Positions 9,504 through 23,991 of a stretch of 64,000 nt of DNA are shown here, one piece after another; the first letter of the stretch is position 1; each line of letters begins with the position of its first letter. Source of the stretch: Octopus sinensis (taxonomy: Eukaryota); NCBI RefSeq assembly GCF_006345805.1, contig NC_042999.1, positions 171,182,001 through 171,246,000 of the forward strand, written 5' to 3'. Under the pieces are notes generated by a model. It did no database searches. It saw only the letters and a program-made list of their open reading frames with translations, and had not been told where the DNA came from. The position numbers and the translations under genes are program-made.

Positions 9504-12299
9504 ACATTCACAATTTATATGTACGTGTATGTGTTTCCCCGAGTCAGAGAATGGCCGCGGTGCAATGACTGAAACATGCAAAAGAGTTTCAGATACTACA
9601 TATGCATACATTGCCAGCGACTCTTCTTTTCTTCTTATTGTCTTTCACCCTGTATCACGTCTTTTTATTCATTCCAATTGTATTCTTGCTTCCGATGAAG
9701 TTGAATTAATCACAAAATGCTTTAGCCTCACACTATGTTTCTCACTATACATTTCGTCGTGTATGCATGTCCTTAAAGCCTTGTCTATCTTTCAAATTCT
9801 AAAGATTTAAAATTATAGCTTTACTGAGCTGAACACTTCGGTGATTTGGCCCCTTTCACATATAGTGCTTGGTACAATAAACAAATAAACTGAAGCTCAA
9901 ATTTGCGGTCAGGGAAACGAAGAGTATCACTGTATAAACAATTCAGTCTTTCTATTAGGCACAAAGTAGGATGAGATAAAGGACAGTAGGAGTTTCTTCT
10001 GAAGACAAATTCGAAAGTCATAATTCTGATTTCCAAGCATGCTGTTTGTATTCTTAGACGAAAGAGTGCATTCGTTTGTGCATTCGTTTGTGGTGAAGTT
10101 CATTACTATGTCTTCGTTTGTCCATTATTTTACTTCTTAGATATTTTCGCCAACTGTTTTAAAGACATATTACCTGTAACGTCAATTGCTTGAGAGTAGT
10201 TTACAAAGCGAAATTGGAGACATATCATTGTTTTAATTCTATACTTTCAACGTGCTGTAAGTACATAGGTTTTATATACATTTTGATGAAAATGTCTCGA
10301 TTTAGCTGGTTGTGCTTCACTGGGATGGTTTAGACTCTCATATCTAACCTAGTTTACACCAGAGTCTGTAATATTAAATTACTGAAAATTTCCTCGTCCG
10401 ATAGCCGCTTGATATGTACTTATAGCACAGAATACTTAACATGATGTCCTTTGTGACTGACATGCTTGGAAATTATTTTGGGGCTTTTTTTGTGTATTTC
10501 AATATTTGCTGGATGCATTGCGTTCGCATTAAGGTCAGCAGGAAAATAGCATCGCCACTTGGCTAATATATTCATGACAGCAACACTCTGATTGTGTTGC
10601 TGAGGGAACTGGATAAAGTTCTGCTAAACTTTTAGGCAAATTCAATTTATAAATGTATGAGTGACTACTGGTGGCAAATTTCTGCAATTCAGTGATGAAC
10701 TTCCAGAGATTAAACTTAGGTGATGACTTGTTCAAAGTTCTAAAACTATCTCCAACTACCGTTTTGTCAAATAGGATCTAATGAGATCACATTTAACATA
10801 TGAATCATGCATAACATTTATTTTAATGTACACGTGATTCTCTGTTTGAAATTTACTGCGTCTGATGAGGCAGCACAGAAATATCAAATAATAATGTGCA
10901 CAGTTTTATGGCAGCAATGGAAGTTTGCCAAAAATTATTTACAGTAAAATCAAACATAAACAGCCTTTTGAGAAGGAAACAAGAAAATCAGCAATGCTTT
11001 TCATGATTAACTCAGTTGAATGGGACATAAATTCCCCCTGCCTTCTTCACATTTTTGCAGCTTCAACAACACCGTGCTCTTCTTAATGACGTAGGTTTAT
11101 TTATTAAGAGATTATCCAAGCGGAGGCTGTTTCCTCTCATGTGATCAGTACACCTCATATATTTTAATCCTGGTTGCGATTGCATTCATTAGTCATTGAC
11201 ATCTTTCTTTTTAACATGCATGTCTGCGTGTGTCCTGTGTTCTGCATGGTTTCGCTATAATATATGGGTGATGCTTATGTTTTTCTTCTCAAGATGAGGC
11301 ATTGTGCTATATGCGTTCCTCTTCCTATATCAACATTTATCTTAGAGCCTGACTGGGATGACTCCAACTACTACTTGGCTTTAGCAATGCACTTCCTCTT
11401 CTTACGCGCTCTCTGATCAACTGCGAGTGGAGGGCGCCTCAATAAAATGTTCTTACTTAGCACCCTCGAAATTTTGCGTTTTATTTTTAGTTTTTTTCAC
11501 CTAGTGTGTGCAAGTGTACTACTTTTGTGAAAAAAAACAAAAAAAAACAGGAGGCATGTTATTTCTCTTTCTTCATTTTCAATCATTGCTAATTAATGAA
11601 TACTTTTTCTTTTCGTGCTTCGAAGTTGTTTTGCTTTGTTCAAAGTGATTTCTCTTCGGAGTGGATCTCGATGGGAGGAAGCCATACTGATTTAAAGTTA
11701 CTCAATAAAATTAAATAGAATTTTACGAGAAAACATTTGGTGCTTAATTCTGGTAAGTAGTAGATAATAAACAATGATTCAATAAATAGACTCAGTGTGA
11801 TATAAAAGTCAGTAAATTTACGAGTGACACAATGCTTATGATATGTGGAAATCTAACTAAGGTGTCTACTCCTCAATAGATATGGCATAGTAAGTCCGTA
11901 TTGCATAGTGCATTCGCAGCATATATACTGCCAAGTGGAGCCTGCCCTATCCACAGAAAGTGGGAAAACCTACACTGCAATATTGTAAAATTTAAGTGAG
12001 AAAGACACGCTGATCAGGCGAGAAATAAATTTTTAAGTTGCTAGTAGTAAATGTTAAATATGCAGTAAGAGAAAGAAAAATTGAATTAGGAGAAGCACAC
12101 TAGATTTCCAAATAAACATTCTTCCTTCATATCACTTTTACTTATATCATTTCCCATTTGAATTCAAAATCGTACATGATATATGACGATAGTCTCTCGT
12201 AGTCCGGGTCAGAGGTTCCTGGAGTTTCTTACTAAACAACCTGCATAAATGATTTGTTTATAGTAATCAAATGCATATGCAGTACATTAACTTACTCCC

Positions 12300-12480
12300 T
12301 CCATCAAATTGATGTTGCTTGAACATATGTACGGGTGTATTCCACGTCAAGTATTGAGGTGGTTCCTGAGCAATGTGAGATGAAGTGTTGCTTAAGAACA
12401 CAACACAACACTTGCGATCGTGTGTGCAATACCGTAACCACTGATTCATGGGTACTCGAAGAGGTTGTTCATAAGCCACA
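12300..12480 (-). mobile_element. SINE-like family C, diverged (related pieces at ~7790-7925 and ~22395-22520)
   Basis: Shared motif GTG..TTGCT.AAGAACACAAC...CGATCGTG...TAACCAC seen in several places. Confidence 0.5.
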
Positions 12481-12938
12481 GCTAATTAATAAATAAATCA
12501 CCAGTTGTCTCTCTTCTTAACAATTCAATATATCTGTCATTGGACAATTCGTATCTTCTCAGAATTCGTCATCTAGCTATTTGTAATCGTCATCCGATTA
12601 CTCTATTGCCACTTTACACCTGTCAAAGTTTCTTTTTATTCTCAAATTTATTTCTGCGTCCCAATATTTTGTTCTGAAGCATGCCTTTACTTTATTTTGT
12701 CAAATAACACAGAAAGTATTTCGAGACTGGAAAAGCACATCATTAATAAGGTCTCAGCATAATCTTTAAGCATGATGAGTCGGTGATGTATATTTATAAA
12801 TGTATGAGGAAACGTTTTAATAGATTAGAGCCATTATATCTTATTTCTCTCGCCTTCTATTTCCCATTCTCTTCTCTATGTACAGTGTATGCATAATCAT
12901 TTATACATTAATATATACAGTATCTTTATTCACCTCTC

Positions 12939-12979
<41 letters not shown>

Positions 12980-13609
12980 ACACACAAGCATGCCTGAATA
13001 CATACATATATGTGTGTGAGAGACAAAGAAAGAAAGAAAGTGTGTGCGAATACTTACGTGTGAGGTGAATATATTTACCTAAGTAAAAATATGTATATCA
13101 TGCTTATATATACAAATCATTTACTTCCAAACGTACACGCATACGTGTGTGTCTGTGTGTATGTCCATGTGCATATGAATACTTATGTGTGAAGTTCTAG
13201 AACTTTACGTGTGCGTATGTTAGTGCATGTGGGTGCGTGTGTGAAATAAGCTTTTAATTTGCATGTCAATCTGTCTTGGAAAGTTTATGCTCGCATTAGG
13301 CGACTTCGTCTACTTTAACTGCGAAAAAAATAAGCTTTTGTTCTCCGTCTAATCATTATGGACACACATTTAACCAACAACCAAGCGACACGAAAATAAA
13401 CCAAACAAAAAAAAAATGCAAATAAGAGTCAACAACTATGCTCGTATAAACAAAATAAATGTTGAAACAAACTAATAACGTAATCTTTCTCATCCCTTCC
13501 TCGCCATTAAAAAAAGAAAAACTTTTCATAATGTCTAACAATAAAAAAAATATCAAACGGAAAATTAATACATTAGCACCAATGAGAACAGACAAACTAA
13601 AAGCAACAG

Positions 13610-13770
13610 CAATGGTGATGTTGGCAATACAACAGCAACAAACATCAATAATGATGATGATGGTGATGAAGGTGATGATGATGATGATGATGATGATCAT
13701 AACAACGACAACAACGACGATGTCGGTGATAGCTGTGATAATGTAGATGATGAGGGTGATGATAATCATA
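13610..13770. repeat. Degenerate (ATG)n/(ACA)n trinucleotide microsatellite
   Basis: Visible ATGATG and ACAACA runs, which explain the spurious ORFs 13356-13769 and 13459-13746. Confidence 0.85.
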
Positions 13771-16700
13771 CTCTCAGAAAATGTAACAAAGAAAGACTAA
13801 TATAACACGAGTGAAGTTACAAAAATAAAATAGCAAGAAGCAAGTCTAAAAAGAAAACGTTATGGCGAATTAAAATCAAACGAAACTAAAAAGATATTGA
13901 AGCCATGTGAAGATTTTGTTTTCAAGTTTCCTCTGTTGATTGAAAGTATAGTTCCTTCCCATTGTGACAGTAACTAAGAGGCTTATGCGATTTCTTTTAC
14001 GAAAGTACGGCTTATAACTGTGTATGTCGCTCTAATGACTTTGTTTTGCAAAATATGGCAACCATTATTATCTCGCTCGTTTACATAATATCTGTTGATT
14101 AATAGTAGTAAAAAGTTTTGCATTATTAAGGAATCGCTTTATATTTCTCATCACTAATAAATTTTAACAATTTTCATCTGTTATATATTAAAGCAGAGTA
14201 CTTAGAATTTTATTTACGATTTCTTATTAAGTACGGTATATGAAATTACAAGAACTTAGAAAACGTCAAAAGTGTGAGGGGATTAATGGTAACGCTTTGA
14301 TAAAAACAATTGCAGCATGAAGATCTTCTTCAAAAGTGTTGTTAGTAAATATAATTGAACTTCAGAAAAAAAAAACAAGTGCAATAACGATAAAAAGAGC
14401 ATCAACATAATCAGTAAGAACAGCTTCAATAAGAATAGTTTGACACCAAAACATATGTTACAGTGTTATCAGAGGCGAAATTACCATCATAAACAATGAT
14501 TGGTGCATAATTGTAGCTGCATAAACAGAAATAATGTAAAGGTAATCTATAATAAAACTAAATGTTGTACACTTGAAACATTAATTGGCAAGCAGTAGTA
14601 GCATGGAAATTATAAAGCTTGTAAAACACACAGAATACAAAATTTTAACTGAATGCACTACAATGCTCCGCTACTCTACTTCATAGAAAAAGGAAAACAA
14701 CTACAGTTCTTGGCTATCAACTACATCATTGTAAATGAAGTGAATTAGCTGAATCAATAGAACATTAAATGAAAGTCTTGTGTCTTTAATATTTATTACC
14801 AGATTAAATTCCGCTATTTATTGAGACTTGCGTGAAAATTCCTCTGTAAAGTAGTCCGATTTCGTGCCCAACTGTTGAGAGAGGTTTTATGTGATCTTTT
14901 ACAGTGCACGACATTATGCCCATCTGTCATGAAATATAAAGGACGCAATGGGTAACGTCTACTTACTGTTTGTGTAAAGACATGACGAGAGTTTTGTCAT
15001 TCAAATATAATTGAAAATATTCATTTATAGTCAGAAATAACAATGTCATTAATAAGTGGCTAGTGTAATATAAAACAACTCTTGTATCTCACAAAATAAT
15101 TGTTAAAAATGAGCATAGTTGCTGGTATATTTATTCACTTATATCACTAATGCTATGGCAAGTTACTGTCCATAGGTTGTACATGCTACAGATACATTTT
15201 TCAGAACAACTATCTATTTCACTTAAATTGGAAAAAAACATATTATCATTGAATTATGAAATATACTTTTTAATTGGTGCCACATCTTTTTATTTCTGTA
15301 CACCTGATAGGCCAATATAAAATAGCATAATTATTGTACTTCTATTTCAACCGAATGAGTCTATTTAAGAAAGTCTTATAAATGTTATTACCAGTGTTAA
15401 ACATAAAATAATAATTATTATTTTGGTTTATATTTCTCATTAATTAGTTCACATCTTTAACATGCTCTTCATATTGTACAGATATTTCTACATTGGCTTT
15501 TGAGAATTCCGAGAACACCTTCCACTTGCCTTTGAATGTAATCTGATAAAAATATTTTATACATTTTTAGAGAATTACTAATATTACCACTTAGTGAACA
15601 ATATTAGACTAATGAATTTCCTAAGAAATATGAACGTTGTATATGTGATAGGCACATATGGGAGTATGCCAAAGAGAAGTATATGGAAATGAATAAATGA
15701 ATGTGTTATGTCGCACGTTCGGATGTCTTCTACTCAAAGCTACTCTTCTCTACTCTGACTGCTACTCAACTCTATTCTAGTCTACTACTCTCTTGACGCC
15801 TAGGCTTCTCCCTCTAAATCTACATATTGGGCTAGCCTACTTCATCATCTGGGGGCGTCCACACAACTGAATGTTATTTAAAGGATTATGTCTTTGTATG
15901 ATCAGAAGTGTCATTAACATCAATACGATTCTGAAATACGCTTCTGTACATCACTTTGCATGTAAATTAATGCACTGGAAGACGATAGAACTAGTGAAAG
16001 ACATGCAAGCATTAGCCGGTGCCAATATCTGATATCACACTCCACTGTTTTAAAACTTGCATGGAATACTGTATAAGGGAGTCCTTTATTTATCGCGTCT
16101 AAAAAAGAAGTAAAACCGTGTGAGCGACAGGTCATTAGGTTATTGATGTGATTTGAAGTAGCAATAAAATAACGACGGATAGATTTAACATGCAATACCA
16201 TGCTCCATGCTATAACCATATGTTGCATCCCTATCTATCTCTATGCAAGAACGTCAGTTACTGGCGTGTTTAGAGAAGTAAATTCATTTCACTACCATAC
16301 TGTTGCTTTATTTATTCATTTTCTTATTTTAACTCTTAAAACATTTTTCTATGACTTCTCAAAGGCACTTTATTCACTGTATTGCTACGGCAATTGGCGC
16401 GTCTTCATTTTCATTGGTTAGTTTGTTTGATGTCAATTGCTGGTGAGCCATTAACATATACTGTTGCAGAGCTATTTCTTATCACTTTGAGACGATGTGT
16501 GCCTATCAGAGAAATTTGTCTTTATGAAGACTAATTGGATACCAACTAGTAATGAAAGAAAACTTCTTAGATGACCATGTTTTCAAATGTAATTTGAGAA
16601 TGTGCTCACAGGTTTTCATTATAGCCGTTATTGTCGATTAAATAAAATGTATGTTAATATCGTTGTGAGATATGCAGCGCTCGTTCCAGCATTTGTAAGA

Positions 16701-16865
16701 GAGTTCTATGCGTATATATTATGTATCAAAATGAGAGATGTGGACTGTAGTAAATTTTTCATCTTTCATCAGACAGAAGGAGCAAATGACATGCAACAGT
16801 CATTACTATACTTCAAAGTTATTCGTTAAAAATATTTTCATAATAATATTAAAATAATAATAATA

Positions 16866-16896
<31 letters not shown>

Positions 16897-17997
16897 GGAT
16901 AATGATGATGATGATAATAATAATAATACGCATACACTCGAATATCTAAACAAACATACATACATTTTTAACACCCATAGGACTACACATCCAGCCCAAT
17001 GTTTACACAACAACGTAAAATTTACAGGACACATATTCACACATATGAAAACACGTGTCACTAACGAAGCAAAAACAAAAACAAAAGACAAAAACAAAAC
17101 AAAACTAGTTTTTTCTATTTTTCGAACGAACACAGACAGAGTGAATAATTCCTAATGTTAAAAACACCACAAAAATCTATGTCCGGAGATAAATCTATCA
17201 ACAAAACAAATACAGAAGAATACAGATCTCTTAGCCTTAAGAAGCTACGTTACACGCAATGTTTTGATGCAGAGAACTCGGAGACGGTGTTGCCTCAAAA
17301 AATTAACCCTAAACAGATAGATCAGGCCCTAATGTCAACGTGCAAGCTCGTCATACATCAATGATAATATAGCAAGATACAAACCGAATTGGTCGTCAAC
17401 CGGAAAACCAAGGACACTGCTCGAATGATGAAACCGATTCGATCCGAAAAATCAGCTACTGGTTCAAATCTTCCAAATCTTACAAAGACTGTAAGCCACA
17501 GAAAAATTCCAAAAGAAAAGAAATTCAGAAATTCAAATATCCAGCAAGGTGAACATCTCTTCCTCCTACTATTCCGAAAGTCTGGAATATCAACAATTTC
17601 CTGTGAATATTTTAAATCTCCCTCAAGATAAAATAAGTTGCGGAACTAACATGACTACAGTTTTCGAACACACAAACGATCAGCTTAAAAATAACCCTTT
17701 AATATCTACAGCTATCCTTTCCTTCCGCCTTGAGTATTCGAAAATGCAAACATCATTTTCCTTTTTATTCTTAGAACACTAACATTTCTCTCTGTGCTGC
17801 TATACAAAAGACCCACTCTCACTGAGTATTCGAAAATGTAAACATAGTTTTCATTCCAAAATCCTACTGTATTCTCGAACTGGACAGACAAACGAACTTC
17901 TCAAGAAAACTTTAAAACTTTAATATATTACCCAAATGCGTAAACATATCTTTTATTCACAATTGAATTCATAAATTCATAAATTCAACGACGTGAA

Positions 17998-18082
<85 letters not shown>

Positions 18083-18093
18083 TATATATATAT

Positions 18094-18124
<31 letters not shown>

Positions 18125-18974
18125 GATGTGTGTGTGTATCATTGTTTTTTGTACCAGGAATTACAAATAGAACAGGCTGAATTGCTACTTTTCAAGACAC
18201 CGCTATCAGTGGCCACTGGTAGTAGTAAACACATTTGACCTCTGCTTACCGAAGGGCGCGAAGATTCTTTTGTCTCTATTGCTGACCTCCCCAGCATCTG
18301 CCGAATCTATTTATAGACCTGTAGAATAGGATCTATTCACCAGCATGCTACCCAACTATTTCCTCCGACGACCACATGTGTATGATCGCAAGTACACGAC
18401 AAAAGTTGAAAGTAAAGAATATTTAGCAAAATCTTTTAATAATAAATGGAAATAGTAATAATGAGATTAACAATGGTAGTTGTTGTGATGATGATAATAA
18501 TAAAAATAAAAAATAATAATATGCTGCAGATGCTAATACTAAATACTACTAATGCAGCAATAATATTACAATACTACTATACTACTATTATGATAGCACC
18601 GGAATCTGACGTCCAACAAACACCCGTAACACTACCCTCACCCCTGCTACTGTTGCTGTTGCTGCAATCACTGCTGCTGCTACACATAAAATCAATAATA
18701 TCAGTAATATCAGTGATGAAAATAATAATAATAATAATACAGGACACGGGTAGAGCTTCCCATGGGCTGATTAATGATACATCTAGCGATGGTGTCATAA
18801 TAAAAATACTGGTAATTGCGCAACCTGATAAACCCTACTTCATATAAGTGAAAATGGAAAAACAAAATATTGTGAATATTGTGAATAATGGAACTGAAGC
18901 CAATGGTGGTGATAGTGTTACACCCGGTAGGCTCAGAGATTCTGGTCCGACTCCAGCCTGTCGATATCCAGAAA

Positions 18975-20500
18975 GGGACCACGACCCTGGAACATTCCTC
19001 TTCTGATACCCAGGCTGCTGAAGCGTTTTCCGTAAGAAGTCTGTTCAGTTTTCCATTCTACCATACTTCTCGTCAGGAAACACGCTACATTCCTCGCAAT
19101 TCCAAACGTTTTAAGCACTTGATGATCCACGAATGTGGAATCATATAATAAGCTTTTCGATAAGGAACTCAGGCCATTTCCAGATTTGTTCTCCTTTGTT
19201 TACATTGCTATTTTGACAATCATTAGTTGATTTCGGTACTTCTGCATCTCTTTTTACAGCTTTTTTCTTACGACGGTAATATATCGTTCTCATCAATAAA
19301 TCTATACATTTCTTCTGCAAATCCTTCTGACAGTAACTTCAACTTTAACAGGAAGCAGGAAATTGATCTATAATTGTCAGAAGTATTTCCCTTTGATGCA
19401 TCCTTCAGGTACAACACCATTCGTTCTTTTGTCAAACAGCGCTGGATTTCTTCTTCTCCATTGATCAATACATTAAATTGCTCTACGATCAATTTATGGC
19501 AACTACTGAACTTTTTTATCCAAAATTCCTGTACACCATCAGGTCCTGCTGCCTTCCAGTTGCTTATGTGCTTACTCATATTTCTGACACTATCTCCTGT
19601 GTATTGGATGGCATCTTGCTGAGTATAAGAAGGTGTTTGCTTCAGACTGCAGAGCCATTCAGTTGTAGTATTATGTTGCTCTTGGTTCATATCTTACATC
19701 GGAAATTCGACTAAACTTTCACGTTTTTTATCGTCATTAATCTCATTGTAAAATCTTTTTTGGTCGGTTCTAAGCAATTTTGTTTTGCTGGTATTGCCTG
19801 ATCCGTTGTTCAAACCTAATTAGCTTTTTTTGCATATATCTGCTGCTTCAGTTCTTCAATAACAACATTCAGGCCTTTTGTATCTACACCATACGTCTTC
19901 CTTACTTTTACGATTTTCCATTCATTCTTAAGTTCTCCATTTCTTTTCCTGACAAGTATTGACACTACATTTTTCAATGAGTTTATGTCTTCAGAAATTC
20001 TCTTTTCCCATCTCGGTTGTTTATTTCCACTTCTATCCGTCGCTGTTCTATTCTCAGTAATTCTCATTCCCCTCCTTTCCGCCACAATCCTACTAGCAGC
20101 CTTGATAAGATTATTTGTTTGTGTGATGTTCTTTGTTTCAATGTGTCTCAGTACATTTATTGACTTTACTCGTCTCTTGATGTAGTCTCCATTAATTAGC
20201 CTTCTTAAAGTCGCACATAAATTCTCTCCCTTTTGTAGTTAATATATCCAAAATTCTCTCTATTATTAATCGATGTTCATTGCTTGAGTAGTCACTGGTC
20301 TCAATTCTTTCACAATTTATAGTATTATATTTTTGAGAATACTTGTCCATCGCTTCCACTATACCACTTTCCTTTCTCCTATGCCAAGCCTCACCCGATA
20401 TCCATATTTTAATAGCTTCTAGCTCCAATTTTTTTTGGTCACATAATCTCTGTTCAGTAATTTCAGACAGTTCTTTTCTTTCTATTCACTGTGATTTCGT
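18975..20500 (-). pseudogene. R4/Dong-like (RLE-type) non-LTR retrotransposon, decayed N-terminal region and RT
   Basis: Peptides PRWEKRI, NWKAAGPDGVQEFWIK, NYRSISC, YRKAY..IPHSWI and GIRRGMFQG, interrupted by stops and frameshifts. Homologous to 52.5-54.4 kb. Confidence 0.85.
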
Positions 20501-20629
20501 TTTCTGTACCCTCTGACAGGCACGCCATTCTCATCCACTGGGAGGCTCCGGTAGTAACACTCCATAACCATTGTGTTTACTTGTTTACGTCACGTATGTT
20601 TTGTAGCATGGCTAGAAGTTGGCGGATTA

Positions 20630-20975
20630 CGACTCATATGCACAGCTCATGAACAAGCGTTAAAGACGAATTATATGAAATGCAGAATTGTCAATACTAC
20701 GATAGCGACAAATGCAGGCGAGAAAGGTGAAAGGGAATGGCACATCGTTAGTTAATACCCAAAATTAGTATAACGTGAATACAAAGGACGCCATGACAAT
20801 GTGGCAGCAATGATCCATTGGGAGCTTTGTGGAAATCACGGCCTACAAAGAGCAAAGACGTGTAAGGAGGAAAACCCAGAAGGAGTCACCGAACATGAGA
20901 ATAGCTAAATACTGTGGAATGCAATGATCCACTGCGATCATCTGATCAGACATAGGAAATTGTAGTAGTACTTAT
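20630..20975 (+). pseudogene. R4/Dong-like CCHC/RLE fragment
   Basis: LICTAHEQALKTNYMK, YKGRHDNVAAMIHWELCG and ILWNAMIHCDHLIRHRK. Same family as 53.7-54.1 kb. Confidence 0.8.
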
Positions 20976-21039
20976 GATATAGCCAATACGGCAACAACGT
21001 CGGTAAATGGAGTCGGGACTGCCTTATATATAAATAAAT

Positions 21040-21540
21040 ACGATAAATGTTCATGCAGTGCAGAGAAAAATCAAAATGTTCTCTGACGAAACTCTGTATG
21101 AGTACGAACCTTGTATATAAATGTACTGTGCACACAAAGGGAGAGCCGTATGTTTATATTGGGCAGATGGCTGATTAATTTAAGAATTGTTATCGTAACC
21201 ATGTTGCCAGCTTTAAGAAAATCAATGAGCGACATTCAACATCTTTGGTAGATTTTGCATGGCGACTGAAGGAGGATAAAAAGAAATAAAGCATACTTAG
21301 TCCATAGCAAGGCACGTGAAATCATACAATGTAATTTCCAGGAGATGCCGTCTCTGCTCTGAGGAATCCCTATCTATTCTGTGTAATAAGGAAAATATCA
21401 TTAATGGACTTTCTGAACGACTCTTGAACTAGTTGTTGAGTGTTTCACCCATGAGGGATCATTGCTCGATGTGTCGAAACAGTTGTTGTAATTAACATTA
21501 AGTTCTCGTATATTCCATCTTCCGTCTTACATTTTCCATA
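21040..21540 (+). pseudogene. Penelope-like element GIY-YIG endonuclease fragment plus pLTR remnant
   Basis: CSL..LCMSTNLVYKCTV..GEPYVYIGQ..FKNCYRNHVASF...STSL...WRLK...CRLCSEE, followed by a decayed hammerhead-like motif (~21448-21487) and (CA)/(TA)n. Confidence 0.8.
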
Positions 21541-21557
21541 TACATAAATACATACAT

Positions 21558-21629
<72 letters not shown>

Positions 21630-21654
21630 TGTGTGTGTGTGTGTTTCTGTGTTT

Positions 21655-22150
21655 ATTGTATGATTTCACGTGCCTTCCAAGGGAATTTGGTATTTAGATT
21701 CATATGTTCGCTAGATCCAGTTGCTAGGTAACTGAACCATTGCCGAATTTGGCTGCTCTAAATTAGCAAAGTTGACGTGGGATAGCTTCACAATGTGCCA
21801 ATTAAAAATAGCATGATACCGATTAGATTTAGGAATACGTTTGTCCAAAGCAGTATAAAAAAAATTGCAGCAATCTTAGCTGAAACATGCGAACCAAAAT
21901 TCAGGTTGAACCAGAGGACATCCTGACTCCTACATCTGTTGTTAAGCTTATTTGATCGAGTGTGTTGTACTGAATTATTCTGTCGCGTGTATCTATGAAT
22001 TTCCGTTGGTAGTTCATTGATATGACCATTTCTTCCGGGCCTATATTCTTTATCTGAATGAGTTCTCAAACCTTGACATTGTGGAGGTGTACGATATGTA
22101 TTACAATTGGAAAAATTACCAGTGTTGCGTGTGCCTACTTCTTGCATCTA
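21655..22150 (-). pseudogene. Penelope-like element RT-endonuclease linker fragment
   Basis: RCRSQDVLWFNLNFGSHVSAKIA and, after a frameshift, DKRIPKSNRYHAIFNWHIVKLS resemble the PLE WFNPPFS..K..IG..FL..DKHFP...Y..IFN motif. 21655-21676 is the reverse complement of 21309-21330. Confidence 0.65.
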
Positions 22151-22621
22151 TTGAATTTTTTCACGGTACCCATCCCTAGCTAGAGCAGCGTTACAATACG
22201 TTGCATGTGATTCAAAATATTATAACATTATAATATTATAACATCCCGTCGTTAGACACCGTATGAGGGTTCGGCATTGTTTTGCTGAACAACCACACAA
22301 ATGATTTGCTAATAGTGATCAAATGTTTGTGTACACATAAGCTCATATCCGCTATCAAATCGACATTACCTGTACAGGGGGCACTGTGTACCACATCTCA
22401 GATAATGAAATGATCACAGAGCAACGTGAATTGAAGTGATTTGCTCAAGAACACAACGCAACTCCTGGTCTGGGAATCGCACCTATGACTTCGCAATCGT
22501 GGGTGCAACACCCTAACGACTTTTACATGAATATATACATACATACATGAATAAATACATACATAAATACATACATACATTCATACATACATACACACAT
22601 CCATCCATCCATCCATATATA

Positions 22622-22654
<33 letters not shown>

Positions 22655-23919
22655 CGTATATGCGTGCGCGGTTCGTGTGCATTTTTATGAATTGCATGTA
22701 AGTATACACAAGAAATTAATTGCATTTGGAAATACACTACATGAAAGAAAGTTATTCTGTGAAGACAACACAGAATTATAAAATATAGAAGCAAATGATG
22801 AAATTAGATGTTATCCTTAATATTTAATGAAGAAAATATAATGAGAAAACGAATCCATATTTTAATATCCCACGTAATTAAGAAAAAAAAAATAAGTGAA
22901 AGGTTTCTCTTCTGCAACCAAATGCCCGAATTATCGGCTTTGTCTGAATTTACTGCCTAAATCATAACATTGTAGAAGTCATTCCAAAATGCAGAATTTT
23001 TTTACTCGTCTCTTACAAATGTGTGATATTTTGCTCCTGTAGGAACGTGTCGTTGTGATGTCTAAATATTGACATCATATACACAATGTATCAATTCTCA
23101 TGTTATCGCTATAAATTGATTGGGAAGACATGGAAATTCATTAACATTGTATCGTAGCATTTATAAAGCTATTCAAATTGCTATTTCAAGCAAATACACA
23201 TCCCTAAAACTTTTAGATATTTCTTCCAAGTTAATCGTAATTAAATTCTAAACATCAAGCAAGAATATTGCACACATTTTCTAAACAATGGAGATAGCTT
23301 CAGGGTTCTGGAATTATATTCTACAAAATAACAATTTAGCAGTGATTAGATGGAACAAAGAAACGCCCTCACGCCATTACGTTTGAATTTATACATTACT
23401 GAAGTAAAAGAATGAAGATAGAAAGATAAAATGAGAAATGAATAGAGAAACACAAAAGAGACGGATAAATATATAGATACAAATGAGGTATTGCTATCAA
23501 ATGAGGCATTATTATTATATATTATCTGTATGGGACAGAGTGAGATAATGAAAGCGCAGATTTTAATTATTCCGTTTATTTGATAGAACGAGGCAAACAA
23601 TAATGAAAAGCCTAAGGAATTATAATAATTACAGTTTGCGAAAATTTCCTTGAAATTTTCTTTTAAATGTTGATTAAATTAGATAAATGAAAAACGTTTT
23701 AATAACAAATTCAACGTTTCTTTTTACTTTGGGTTTTCTTCTCCAATCCTTGATAAGATTGCGTTAATAATTAATCTTTAGTGATCCAAAATTCGAATTA
23801 GGTAAATCACTTCAGAAATCATAGAATGTCCTTTGATCGTTACTCGAGCTATGATTGAAGTGTGCTTTGTTATGCACGCGTAGATAGATACAATTAAACA
23901 TAAACACGTACACATATAT

Positions 23920-23991
<72 letters not shown>

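Noticed and set aside
10862-10885. CTGATGAGGC...GAAA
   Set aside because: No helix I, II or III complementarity.
10530-11260. Possible hAT transposase remnant on the minus strand (..LAELYPVPSATQSE..)
   Set aside because: The resemblance is too weak to support by eye and needs a profile search.
18250-18318. 69-nt minus-strand AG..GTAAG exon-like segment
   Set aside because: Stop codons in all three frames, with no other support.
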